Shown: positions 40,699-49,673 of the stretch, one piece after another
Layout: every line of letters starts with the position of its first letter
Position numbering within the stretch: the first letter of the stretch is position 1
Assembly: GCA_963777505.1 (NCBI GenBank)
Contig: CAVZQN010000003.1
Coordinates: 638,144-702,143, forward strand
Origin: an uncultured bacterium
GTDB lineage: Bacteria; Acidobacteriota; HRBIN11; JAKEFK01
Length of the DNA stretch: 64,000 bases
Direction: 5' to 3'
Made by a program: the position numbers and the translations under genes
The notes under the pieces: model-generated
What the model saw: only the letters and a program-made list of their open reading frames with translations
The model's database searches: none
Told to the model about the DNA's origin: nothing

Positions 40699-41430
40699 AT
40701 GTCGTTATTGGAAGAAAAGCAATTAAACGGTTTCGAGAATCCGAATTTCTCTATCGTTTATCTTGCGCCTGAAGAAGGGAAGAATGCAGAGCTTTTGTTT
40801 TTTGATGAGAGGTTTATTGCTGAGCCGAGTTGGAAGAAAAAAGCATCTGAAAAAGGAAAGAAATTTTTTGAACAAGCCAAACTTCGATATGAACAGATTA
40901 CGTGTGACTTGTTTGCGTCGGATCGGTTTGTAAGGCGCCTTCAAAAGTTTAAAAAAATAAAAGTAATGTTAAATCAGCCGATCGATCCGGCTGTCGTTCG
41001 AAGTCGCGTCAAGGAAATGCTTCGCGATCGTTCGTATCATCATCTACGCTGGCTTATCCTGGATCTTCTAATCCTGCCGTTTACTCTTGTTTTGATGCCG
41101 GTTCCCGGGCCGAATTTGATCGGCTATTACCTTTTGTTTCGCGTGTATTCACATTGGAAAGCGTATCGTTCCGCTTCAAAAACAAAATTCGATGAGGTCG
41201 ATGTTGAAGTTACTCAACATGCAGGTGAGGTTCGCGCCGCATTGCATGGAAGCAAGGATATCCGGACCGCTTTGCATGAGCTTCGAAACAAATTTGGATT
41301 ACGTGCGCTGCAAGAACATGACTTCGTTTCTCAAACCTCCACACTTCGCGATACATGGCACCACTTCCGCGAAAGTTTCATTAACCACAAAGACGCAAAG
41401 AACTCTCTTAAATGTAGATTCAAAATCTAG
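40699..41430 (+). CDS. Hypothetical membrane protein, Mit_KHE1-like
   Basis: HHLRWLILD...LMPVPGPNLIGYYLLFRVYSHW resembles the 'P-N...Y...R-x-x-S-H-W' core of the mitochondrial K+/H+ exchange-related family (from recall). Confidence 0.55.
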   Translation: MSLLEEKQLNGFENPNFSIVYLAPEEGKNAELLFFDERFIAEPSWKKKASEKGKKFFEQAKLRYEQITCDLFASDRFVRRLQKFKKIKVMLNQPIDPAVVRSRVKEMLRDRSYHHLRWLILDLLILPFTLVLMPVPGPNLIGYYLLFRVYSHWKAYRSASKTKFDEVDVEVTQHAGEVRAALHGSKDIRTALHELRNKFGLRALQEHDFVSQTSTLRDTWHHFRESFINHKDAKNSLKCRFKI

Positions 41431-41578
41431 CCCCCGGCGCAAGCCGGGGGGCAAAGTGCATTTCAATGATACAGCCCGCCGAAGGCGGGCGTAAGAGCAT
41501 TCATAATTACGGTCTTTCGCCCGCTTTAAGCGGGCTGGTCCATTCCTCGTCCGTACCCCCGGCTTACGCCGGGGGCTA
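41428..41578. mobile_element. 151-bp REPIN/MITE-like four-hairpin palindromic element
   Basis: Terminal inverted repeat TAGCCCCCGGCGCAAGCCGGGGG...CCCCCGGCTTACGCCGGGGGCTA plus inner inverted repeat CAGCCCGCCGAAGGCGGGCG...CGCCCGCTTTAAGCGGGCTG. Confidence 0.7.
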
Positions 41579-41613
41579 ACCAAGTACTCAACCTAACTAA
41601 GACTGGATAACTC

Positions 41614-41643
41614 TTGAAAACTATTTTAGTATATACTAAAATA
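41614..41643 (+). promoter_or_regulatory. arsR promoter with a perfect 22-bp palindromic operator
   Basis: TTGAAA-N17-TAAAAT overlapped by TATTTTAGTATATACTAAAATA (41622-41643). Confidence 0.75.
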
Positions 41644-41648
41644 TAAAT

Positions 41649-41993
41649 ATGATTGAAGTTTTTGGAGCATTAAATACTCCTCGGCGAAGGGAAATATTGC
41701 GGTTTGTTTGGGATGAGGAGCGTTCTGCAGGCGAGATTTTCAAAGCGAATCCCGATATTACGTTCGGCGCTGTATCACAGCATCTTCGAGTCCTGCAGAA
41801 AGCAGGTTTGGTGAGCAAACGCCGCGAAGGGGTGCACCAATTTTACACAGCACGCCGCGATGAGCTCGGACCGCTTCAGGCCTGGCTTGAATCGATGTGG
41901 GATTCAGCCCTTTACCGTTTGAAGATCAATGCCGAAATGGAGCAAGCCAGGCGAGGTCCACGTTCAAGAAAAAAAAGGAGAAAAAAATCATGA
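41649..41993 (+). CDS. ArsR/SmtB family regulator
   Basis: FGALNTPRRREIL and AVSQHLRVLQKAGLV motifs. Confidence 0.92.
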   Translation: MIEVFGALNTPRRREILRFVWDEERSAGEIFKANPDITFGAVSQHLRVLQKAGLVSKRREGVHQFYTARRDELGPLQAWLESMWDSALYRLKINAEMEQARRGPRSRKKRRKKS

Positions 41994-42763
41994 TGGATTT
42001 AAAATTCAAAATAGAAAGAACTATTGTTATTTGTGCAGAAAGGCCCACCGTATTCAATTATTTTACGGATTCTAAACGTTGGGCGTCATGGTGGGGTGAA
42101 GGTTCTACAATTGAAGGTAAGCCTGGCGGGAAAGTTCGGATTTGTTATCCAGGTGAAATCATAGCCTCCGGTGAGGTTCTTGAAATCATCAATAACGAAC
42201 GGTTCGTATTTTCGTATGGCTATGAATCTGGAAAACCCATTCCTGCAGGAACTTCAAAAGTTACATTCACATTGCGCGATCATCCGGAAGGGACCGAATT
42301 ATTATTTCGCCATGAGGTTGGAGATGAAGCAACGCGCGATATGCATATTGCCGGATGGCGGTATCAGCTTGCTGTGTTTGCGACTATCGTTTCGGCGGAA
42401 CAACATGCGAATCACAAGCAAATTCTTGCCGAGTATGTTGCCTTGTGGGCTACACCCGACTCGAAATCAAGACAACAAACGCTTGCACGGATTGCAACAA
42501 AGGACGTTACATTCCGCGATCAGCATGGCTGCGTGGATGATAGAGATGAACTGAATGCGCACATTGAAAACACACAAAAGTTCATGCCTGGTCTCACCTT
42601 AAATCAAAAAGGAGAGCCGGTTCAATGTCAGGGAAATGCCTTATTGCATTGGACAATCACTCGATCTGATGGAACCGAAGCATTCCATGGTACGAACGTT
42701 TTTCAATTCACACCCAATGGATTGATTCAACGAATTGTTGGATTCTGGATTCCTGCTTCCTGA
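41990..42763 (+). CDS. SRPBCC (AHSA1) + SnoaL-like fusion
   Basis: ERTIVICAERPTVFNYFTD...WWG and GW; C-terminal NTF2-like VTFRD...IVGF; AGGAG RBS. Confidence 0.78.
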   Translation: MMDLKFKIERTIVICAERPTVFNYFTDSKRWASWWGEGSTIEGKPGGKVRICYPGEIIASGEVLEIINNERFVFSYGYESGKPIPAGTSKVTFTLRDHPEGTELLFRHEVGDEATRDMHIAGWRYQLAVFATIVSAEQHANHKQILAEYVALWATPDSKSRQQTLARIATKDVTFRDQHGCVDDRDELNAHIENTQKFMPGLTLNQKGEPVQCQGNALLHWTITRSDGTEAFHGTNVFQFTPNGLIQRIVGFWIPAS

Positions 42764-42774
42764 AACATATTTTC

Positions 42775-42820
42775 AGTGCTGAGTCATGAGCAATGAGTTC
42801 CGAGTTCAGCAGCACTCATT
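42775..42820. repeat. Degenerate heptamer array (AGTGCTG-like)n
   Basis: AGTGCTG-AGTCATG-AGCAATG-AGTTCCG followed by inverse CAGCAGCACTCA. Confidence 0.55.
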
Positions 42821-42850
42821 GCGAAGGGCATTCATTGCTCGGTATTTTGT

Positions 42851-42879
42851 TTGACAGTGTTTAGCTTTTCTGTTAGCGT
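42851..42879 (+). promoter_or_regulatory. Sigma70-type promoter for pdaD-speB
   Basis: TTGACA-N17-TAGCGT with extended TG. Confidence 0.55.
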
Positions 42880-42948
42880 CGAATTTGTTTTTGCAAGCAA
42901 CACTTGCAGAGCATATTTTTAAAACTAACCGCTTGGAGGGTGAATCGG

Positions 42949-43509
42949 ATGATGACGGTACCGAAGACGCTTTTCTTAACAAAAGGGAAAGGCGTTCACA
43001 AAGAAAAATTAACCAGTTTTGAAATGGCTTTGCGTGATGCCAGTGTTGCGCCATTAAACCTTGTTCGTGTTTCCTCAATTTTCCCGCCTGGATGTAAAAT
43101 TATTTCGCGTGAGGAAGGGAAAAAGCATTTAAAACCCGGACAGATTGCTTTTGCAGTTATGTCAGAGAGCTCTACGAATGAACCTCACAGACTGATTGCA
43201 GCATCAATTGGGCTGGCCATTCCACGTGATAAAAAACTCTATGGTTATTTGTCTGAGCATCATAGTACCGGTCAGACTGAAAAACAGGCTGCAGATTATG
43301 CAGAAGATCTAGCAGCAGGCATGCTTGCAACAACGCTCGGATTGAAATTTGACCCGGATAAAAGTTGGGATGCAAATCGCGAAATTTACAGATTGAGCGA
43401 TCACATTGTATCTGCACGGAACATTGTTCAATCTGCAGTAGGTGATCGGAACGCTCTTTGGACCACCGTTATCGCTGCTGCAATTATGGTTGAGTTCCGA
43501 GACAAATGA
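42949..43509 (+). CDS. pdaD: Pyruvoyl-dependent arginine decarboxylase
   Basis: [19 protein letters not shown] autocleavage site and YGYLSEHH; GGAGG RBS. Confidence 0.9.
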   Translation: MMTVPKTLFLTKGKGVHKEKLTSFEMALRDASVAPLNLVRVSSIFPPGCKIISREEGKKHLKPGQIAFAVMSESSTNEPHRLIAASIGLAIPRDKKLYGYLSEHHSTGQTEKQAADYAEDLAAGMLATTLGLKFDPDKSWDANREIYRLSDHIVSARNIVQSAVGDRNALWTTVIAAAIMVEFRDK

Positions 43510-44378
43510 TTGAATACGATTCTTTTCCACATAATTTTCTAGCTTTACCGCCCGAGTATTCCTCATTCGAAAAGTCTCGCGTAGTCATCCTTCCTGTACC
43601 TTATGAATGCACGACTTCGTACCAGGCAGGAACACGGGATGCGCCTCATGAAATTATCTGGGCGTCGCGAAATGTTGAACTGTATGATGAGGAAATTGAA
43701 AAAGAAGTATACAAGATTGGGATCCATACGCTGGATGAAATGGTGCCAATTCTTGGAAATGCTGAAGCAATGATGGATGCGTTATATAAAGTATCGCGTC
43801 AGATTGTACAGGCTGGAAAATTTCAAGTGACTCTTGGCGGTGAGCATGCGATCACATCTCCGCTTGTGAAAGCTCATCTTGAAAAATGGCCATCGATGGC
43901 AGTACTGCAAATTGATGCACATGCGGATCTGCGCGATTCCTATGAAGGATCCAAACATTCACATGCTTCAGCTTTGAGGCGCGTAGTTGAGCAATGTCCT
44001 GTGGTTCATGTTGGAATCCGAAATATTTCCTACGAAGAAGTTCAGGCGCTTCCAAAATTGAAGAGCAAAATCTTTTTCATGAAAGACATTGAAAAAGATC
44101 CTGAATGGTTCGTGAAAGTTGTGGAAGAGCTGCCTGAGCATGTTTATTTCACAATCGACATTGATGGAATGGATGGATCACTCATGCCGGCAACGGGAAC
44201 TCCTGAACCTGGTGGGCTGACATGGAAAAATTTAATGGATTTAACGCGCGAACTGACTCATCGCAGAAATGTAGTCGGACTTGATATTGTGGAATTGTGT
44301 CCGCAAGGTGGAATGAAAGCACCGGTATTTCTGTGCGCGAAACTGCTCTACAAAATTTTAGGCCAGGTATTTAAATAG
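43506..44378 (+). CDS. speB: Agmatinase
   Basis: [15 protein letters not shown] and TGTPEPGG motifs. Confidence 0.93.
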   Translation: MIEYDSFPHNFLALPPEYSSFEKSRVVILPVPYECTTSYQAGTRDAPHEIIWASRNVELYDEEIEKEVYKIGIHTLDEMVPILGNAEAMMDALYKVSRQIVQAGKFQVTLGGEHAITSPLVKAHLEKWPSMAVLQIDAHADLRDSYEGSKHSHASALRRVVEQCPVVHVGIRNISYEEVQALPKLKSKIFFMKDIEKDPEWFVKVVEELPEHVYFTIDIDGMDGSLMPATGTPEPGGLTWKNLMDLTRELTHRRNVVGLDIVELCPQGGMKAPVFLCAKLLYKILGQVFK

Positions 44379-44380
44379 CC

Positions 44381-44407
44381 CGGGAGCCGGCTTGAAGCCA
44401 GCGCTAC
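44381..44407 (-). repeat. Single GTAG REP
   Basis: Minus strand GTAGCGCTGGCTTCAAGCCGGCTCCC; its TAG is the purB stop codon. Confidence 0.6.
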
Positions 44408-45801
44408 AAATTTCTAACGCGGTCTTCCCAATAGTCACAGGTAGCTATCGTAACCTGTTCAGCGTTACCAGTGTACTGTTCGGGATTATTGATTAAGTTC
44501 CGTTCTTTATCGGTAAACTTCGAATAATACTCGCGTAACTCAGCTTCTTCTTCGATCAACTCAGTCATTTTTCTGCCGGAAGTCCGTGATTTATTCACCA
44601 GCTTCTTTGACCAGTCATAGGGGTCAGGACAACCATGCAATCCAAGAATGATATACAGTGGTTCGGCAATGATGGAATCGCGCGTCATATTGATATTTCT
44701 TTTGAGATGATCGTGATCAACTTCAAGTAGTTTTACAACTTTGATTGTTCTATAAGTTGCATAATCAAGGGCAGCTAGAAATTCTGCAACGTAACGTCCG
44801 CTTGCTGAGTTTGTCAGATCACGTTGATGTTCTGAAATTTGATCCATTAACACTGTCATAAAACGCGGCATATACGCTTTCCACAGCGACTTAATATTCT
44901 CAAAGTCCTTTGGATTAATTTTATGCGGCATAGTTGATGAGCCTACGCGATCCGGCTGAAATTGTTCGCGGACTTCCGCAATCTCTGTTCTGTAGAGGTG
45001 GCGCATATCATCTGCAAAATTTGCAAGAATGCCGAATGTTGAAACCCCGGCATAAGCGAGATCTGCCAGAGGTTCCTGTTCAACGAGTTGTGAGGAAACT
45101 CCGCTGTCACTGGGTTTTAATGTAAGACGTGCGAGAAGATCGCGTTCAAATTGCAATGTTCGATCTCCAAGGGCAAGATAAAGCGCATTGTGCGCACCCA
45201 CCGGTCCGGAAAATTTGCCTCGCAAGTTTTGGCGAGCTTCCTCAATTTTTAAGATACGTCCGCCGAGCCGGCTCACGTAAAGAGCAATTGCATAACCAAA
45301 CGTAATCGGCTCCGCATGCTGACCATGGGTTCGTCCCATTTGAATTGTTGCCGCCTCTCGCCGTGCAATCGCCGAAAGCAGATTCAGTAATTCAACGAGG
45401 TCCGGTAACAGCACGTCTCCGGCAAATTCCTTATAACGTAAGGCAGCAGCCGTATCCATAATGTCATTTGAAGTCGCAAACAAATGGACGTAGCCTCGAG
45501 CTTTTTCGCTAACTTTTCCGCGGATCGAGTTCACAAGCGCTCTGATGTTGTGTTGAATACGAGCTTCCTCTTCATAAACTTCGGCGGCTGTGATTTGTTG
45601 ACAGGCTCTGGAAACTTCGCTGCTAATTTCTTCGGAACAAAAGCCATATTGGGATAAAGTTTGAACCAGCGCTTCTTCTATCCGAAGAAAATAGCGGATA
45701 CTCGCCTCTTCTGATAAATAATCGTGGACTTTATTGTAAAAAACGGGATCAGCACCGTAGTAACGAGCGTCAAATGGAGAAACTGCGTGAAAGAAATTCA
45801 T
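44404..45801 (-). CDS. purB: Adenylosuccinate lyase
   Basis: SPFDARY, TSNDIMD, GRTHGQHA, GSSTMPHKINP and HQRDLTNSA motifs. Confidence 0.9.
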   Translation of the reverse strand: MNFFHAVSPFDARYYGADPVFYNKVHDYLSEEASIRYFLRIEEALVQTLSQYGFCSEEISSEVSRACQQITAAEVYEEEARIQHNIRALVNSIRGKVSEKARGYVHLFATSNDIMDTAAALRYKEFAGDVLLPDLVELLNLLSAIARREAATIQMGRTHGQHAEPITFGYAIALYVSRLGGRILKIEEARQNLRGKFSGPVGAHNALYLALGDRTLQFERDLLARLTLKPSDSGVSSQLVEQEPLADLAYAGVSTFGILANFADDMRHLYRTEIAEVREQFQPDRVGSSTMPHKINPKDFENIKSLWKAYMPRFMTVLMDQISEHQRDLTNSASGRYVAEFLAALDYATYRTIKVVKLLEVDHDHLKRNINMTRDSIIAEPLYIILGLHGCPDPYDWSKKLVNKSRTSGRKMTELIEEEAELREYYSKFTDKERNLINNPEQYTGNAEQVTIATCDYWEDRVRNL

Positions 45802-45853
45802 TGTTAAAAGATACTATACGGATTGCAAGATACAAGATACAGAATGCACGTGG

Positions 45854-45908
45854 TTTTACACAATGTCGGATGGATTGCTACAAACTTTTCCACAGAAACT
45901 GTGCAAAA
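45854..45908. promoter_or_regulatory. Cluster of three DnaA-box consensus matches
   Basis: TTTTACACA at 45854, TTTTCCACA at 45886, TGTGCAAAA (reverse) at 45900. Confidence 0.5.
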
Positions 45909-46083
45909 CTCCATATCGTATCCTTTTAATTGAGCGTAGACGCGCATTATTACAGCATCTTTAAGATGTGCTCTGCGCGTGTGCGAAATTTGAATCGAGT
46001 TTCCACAACATCTGGTGCTGATTCAATGAGAATTCTACAGCGACTAGCACCAAGCTTTTTGCTTTTGAGGTCTCCTGATCATT

Positions 46084-46112
46084 TTGACAATCTACATGCC
46101 GGGTGTTAAATT
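46084..46112 (+). promoter_or_regulatory. Sigma70-type promoter for tig
   Basis: TTGACA-N17-TAAATT with extended TG. Confidence 0.65.
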
Positions 46113-46255
46113 GATTTCTTCGCAGTAAGAGCCACGGAAACCGCGCAGGCACCATCTGTGAACCATCTTTTAAACGCCGAGTAACACAGAGTTTTTGTTT
46201 TGTAAATTTCTCGGCGGACTCGGGGTTAAAAAAAGCCTAGCACCAAAGGAGAAGC

Positions 46256-47542
46256 TTGTTGAATACGCAGGTAGAAAATCTCAGTGATGTAAAAAAAGTA
46301 ATTCATTTTGAAATTCCGTGGGACGATGTCGATTCACATGTAAAGCAGGCTGTCCGTCTAATTATGAAGTCGGCACGTATTCCTGGCTTTCGACCTGGAA
46401 AAGCTCCTGAAAGTATGGTGCGGTCTCGATACGCTCAACATATAAAGGATGAAGTCATCAATCATGTGATTCCTGAGGCGTATCAAAAAGCGTTGAAAGA
46501 AAATAATCTTGATGTCATTACTGAGCCTCAGTTACATGACGTTCTCTATTCGGAAGGTTCTCCTTTTCTTTTCAAAGTTACAGTTGAAACAAAACCCAAT
46601 ATTCAACTGGGAAATTACCGCGGTCTTGAACTCGAATCAAAGGCTTTTGAAGTAAAAGACGAAGAAATCGATACGGTTTTGAAGAACCATCAGGAATCAA
46701 CCGCAGAACTCGTTCCATTGTCCGACACTGCCGCTGCAAAGGGGCATCTTCTCAATTCAAATGTGAAGGCTACGGTTCAGGAAGGGGACAAAACAAAAAC
46801 TCTTTTTGATGGCCGGTCAACAATCGAGGTTGGATTTCAAGAAAATCATCCTTCTTTCAATGAAAATCTAGAGGGAAAGAAAGCGGGGGAAATCGTTGAA
46901 TTTGATGCAGTCTATCCTGAAGATAATGCTGAAAAATCGATTGCCGGCAAAACGATTCACTACCAGGTGAAGATTGAAAGCGTAAATGAAAAACGACTTT
47001 CAGCAATTGATGATGAATTTGCCAAAGATCTAGGAGATTACGAATCGTTAGCCCAACTTCGCGAAAAAATTTCCAAAGACATTTCGGATTACAAAAAGAA
47101 ACAGCAGCAAAATGAAAAAAAGGATGAAGTACTAAAACGCTTAGTTGACCAAAATCCTTTTGAAGTGCCTGAAAGTCTTGTGCGCAAAGAGACTGAGTCT
47201 TTATTGAATGAATATGCTTATATGATGCACAGACGCGGAATGAATATAAAGGATCCTGAAATTAATTGGAAAGAGATTCAAGAAAAACTTGCGAGTCAGG
47301 CCGAACGGAATATTCGTGGGTCAATGATTTTGGAAACAATAGCCGACACGGAAAAAATCGAAGCGAATGAAGAGGACATTGATCACTCGATACAACATAT
47401 GGCCGAACAGCAAAAGCGGGCTCCGGAAGCAATCAAAGCAGATTTAGTAAAGGAAGAAAAAATAGATAGTTTACGAAATAGAATTCGTATTAATAAAACT
47501 TTAGATTTTTTAGTAGAGCACGCAACCACAAAAACGGTCTAG
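46256..47542 (+). CDS. tig: Trigger factor
   Basis: IPGFRPGKAP motif; AAGGAG RBS with TTG start; precedes clpPX. Confidence 0.95.
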   Translation: MLNTQVENLSDVKKVIHFEIPWDDVDSHVKQAVRLIMKSARIPGFRPGKAPESMVRSRYAQHIKDEVINHVIPEAYQKALKENNLDVITEPQLHDVLYSEGSPFLFKVTVETKPNIQLGNYRGLELESKAFEVKDEEIDTVLKNHQESTAELVPLSDTAAAKGHLLNSNVKATVQEGDKTKTLFDGRSTIEVGFQENHPSFNENLEGKKAGEIVEFDAVYPEDNAEKSIAGKTIHYQVKIESVNEKRLSAIDDEFAKDLGDYESLAQLREKISKDISDYKKKQQQNEKKDEVLKRLVDQNPFEVPESLVRKETESLLNEYAYMMHRRGMNIKDPEINWKEIQEKLASQAERNIRGSMILETIADTEKIEANEEDIDHSIQHMAEQQKRAPEAIKADLVKEEKIDSLRNRIRINKTLDFLVEHATTKTV

Positions 47543-47546
47543 AATA

Positions 47547-47599
47547 GTAGGGAGCGCAGACCTCTGGTCTGCATCAGGGATCGTGGACGTCCCGTCCGC
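47547..47599 (+). repeat. GTAG REP element, copy 2 of the two-hairpin family
   Basis: GTAGGGAGC-GCAGAC-CTCTG-GTCTGC-ATCAGGGATCGTGGACGTCCCGTCCGC. Confidence 0.7.
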
Positions 47600-47621
47600 A
47601 TGAAAAAGGAGCAATTATCAA

Positions 47622-48245
47622 ATGAAAATTCCGGATGCCATTAATCAGTGGATACCAGTAGTTGTTGAACAAACAAATCGCGGCGAACGCGGTTATGATA
47701 TTTTCTCCCGGCTTTTGAAAGACAACATCATTTTTATAGGCACTCCTATTGATGATGTCATTGCCAATCTTGTGATTGCGCAAATGCTGTTTTTGGAAGC
47801 CGAAGATCCTGAAAAAGATATCCAGATTTATATCAATTCTCCAGGCGGTTCGATTACGGCGGGTCTTGCCATTTACGACACTATGCAATTTGTGAGGCCT
47901 GATGTTTCGACAATTGCGATCGGTCAGGCTGCCAGCATGGGTGCAGTGCTCCTGGCGGCGGGTACAACAGGGAAGCGTTTGGCCCTGCCAAATTCACGAG
48001 TTATTTTGCATCAACCTCTGGGCGGTTTTCAGGGTCAGGCTTCGGATGTCCATATTCAAGCTCAAGAGATATTGCGAATGAAGGAACGGATTACCGATAT
48101 CTTGCAAACTCACTGTAAACAATCGCGTGACAGGATTGAAAAAGACTGCGATCGGGATTTCATTCTAACGGCAGAAGGCGCCAAAGAATATGGTCTTATC
48201 GACGACGTTATTTACCAACGAACCTCAAATAAGAAGCGCGAATGA
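47622..48245 (+). CDS. clpP: Clp protease proteolytic subunit
   Basis: DIFSRLL, YINSPGG, GQAASMG and HQPLGG motifs. Confidence 0.97.
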   Translation: MKIPDAINQWIPVVVEQTNRGERGYDIFSRLLKDNIIFIGTPIDDVIANLVIAQMLFLEAEDPEKDIQIYINSPGGSITAGLAIYDTMQFVRPDVSTIAIGQAASMGAVLLAAGTTGKRLALPNSRVILHQPLGGFQGQASDVHIQAQEILRMKERITDILQTHCKQSRDRIEKDCDRDFILTAEGAKEYGLIDDVIYQRTSNKKRE

Positions 48246-48275
48246 CTAGGCTCTCTGGGTCTTTGCGGTTCAAAA

Positions 48276-48304
48276 TTGACAAAGATTGAATTGGCCTCTA
48301 TGAT
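48276..48304 (+). promoter_or_regulatory. Sigma70-type promoter for clpX
   Basis: TTGACA-N17-TATGAT. Confidence 0.7.
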
Positions 48305-48348
48305 ATGCTTGAGATTGGGCCTAAAGGGATTGGAAATACTTCACTTAC

Positions 48349-49596
48349 ATGGTACGAAGAAACAATAACGACGGCATCGTTTTAAGGTGCTCCTTCTGCC
48401 ATAAACGACAGGAAGACGTCCGACGTTTAATTGCAAGCTCTCCCTCTGTCTGCATTTGTGACGAGTGCATTGAAGCTTGCCGCAATCTATTAATCGAAGA
48501 AGAAAATGTCTTCAATCGGAATACCTCTTCATCGGGATACTTAAAGCCTTCCGATATTAAGTCGTTTTTGGATCAGTATGTAATTGGCCAGGAAATGGCT
48601 AAGAAGAAGCTCGCAGTTGCTGTCTATAATCACTATAAACGCATCGAGCTTACGAAGAAGAAAAACGATATAGAAGTAAGCAAGAGCAACATTCTGCTTA
48701 TTGGCCCTACCGGTACAGGCAAAACACTTCTTGCTCAGACGCTGGCAAAATGTTTGAACGTTCCGTTTGCGATAGTCGATGCCACGACACTGACCGAAGC
48801 TGGATATGTAGGTGAAGATGTTGAAAACATCATTTTGAAATTATTCCAGAATGCCAATGGCGATCTTGAGAAAACACAAAAAGGAATCATATATATAGAC
48901 GAAGTGGATAAGATCGCGCGAAAGGATGAAAATCCATCAATTACTCGTGATGTATCCGGTGAAGGTGTTCAGCAAGCTCTTTTAAAGATTCTTGAAGGTA
49001 CCGTTGCAAATGTTCCGCCACAAGGCGGCCGAAAACACCCACATCAGGAGTTTTATCAAATTGACACGACAAATATTTTATTTGTTTGTGGTGGTGCTTT
49101 TGTGGGTTTGGATAAAGTCATAGAGCGGCGCGTTGGTAGGAAGAGTTTGGGTTATAGCGCAAACATTCCACCAAAAGGACAAAAAGAAGTTGGCTCGGTG
49201 CTGGAACAAGTGCAACCCGAAGATTTAATTAAATTTGGACTCATTCCGGAATTCGTAGGACGTCTTCCGGTTGTAGCGGCCCTGCATGATCTTGATATGG
49301 CAGCATTAGTGCGGATCTTAACAGAACCAAAAAATGCTCTGGTGAAGCAATATCAGGTTATGCTGGATTATGATGGCGTAGAGCTTAAATTTACTGATGA
49401 CGCTGTAAAAACCATTGCAGAAATGGCGCTTAAGCGTAAAATGGGTGCGCGGGGGTTGCGGCAAATCATTGAAGATTTGATGCTGGATCTGATGTATCAC
49501 CTCCCGTCACAGAAGAACATCAAGGAATGCGTGATTACAAAGGATGTTGTTCTAAATTTCTCGAAACCCATTACCTTGATCGAAAAGGCTGTATAA
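48349..49596 (+). CDS. clpX: Clp protease ATP-binding subunit
   Basis: CSFC...CDEC zinc finger, [17 protein letters not shown] and [10 protein letters not shown] motifs. Confidence 0.98.
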   Translation: MVRRNNNDGIVLRCSFCHKRQEDVRRLIASSPSVCICDECIEACRNLLIEEENVFNRNTSSSGYLKPSDIKSFLDQYVIGQEMAKKKLAVAVYNHYKRIELTKKKNDIEVSKSNILLIGPTGTGKTLLAQTLAKCLNVPFAIVDATTLTEAGYVGEDVENIILKLFQNANGDLEKTQKGIIYIDEVDKIARKDENPSITRDVSGEGVQQALLKILEGTVANVPPQGGRKHPHQEFYQIDTTNILFVCGGAFVGLDKVIERRVGRKSLGYSANIPPKGQKEVGSVLEQVQPEDLIKFGLIPEFVGRLPVVAALHDLDMAALVRILTEPKNALVKQYQVMLDYDGVELKFTDDAVKTIAEMALKRKMGARGLRQIIEDLMLDLMYHLPSQKNIKECVITKDVVLNFSKPITLIEKAV

Positions 49597-49673
49597 CAGA
49601 AGAATTGATTTCCCTTCCAGCATCTCTCTAAACAAAAAATACTCTGCTTTTCTTCGAATAAAGAACCATCAAT

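Noticed and set aside
46113-46160. tRNA-Leu before tig (GGCACCA end)
   Set aside because: No T-loop (GTTC) or cloverleaf; at most an unrecognisable remnant.
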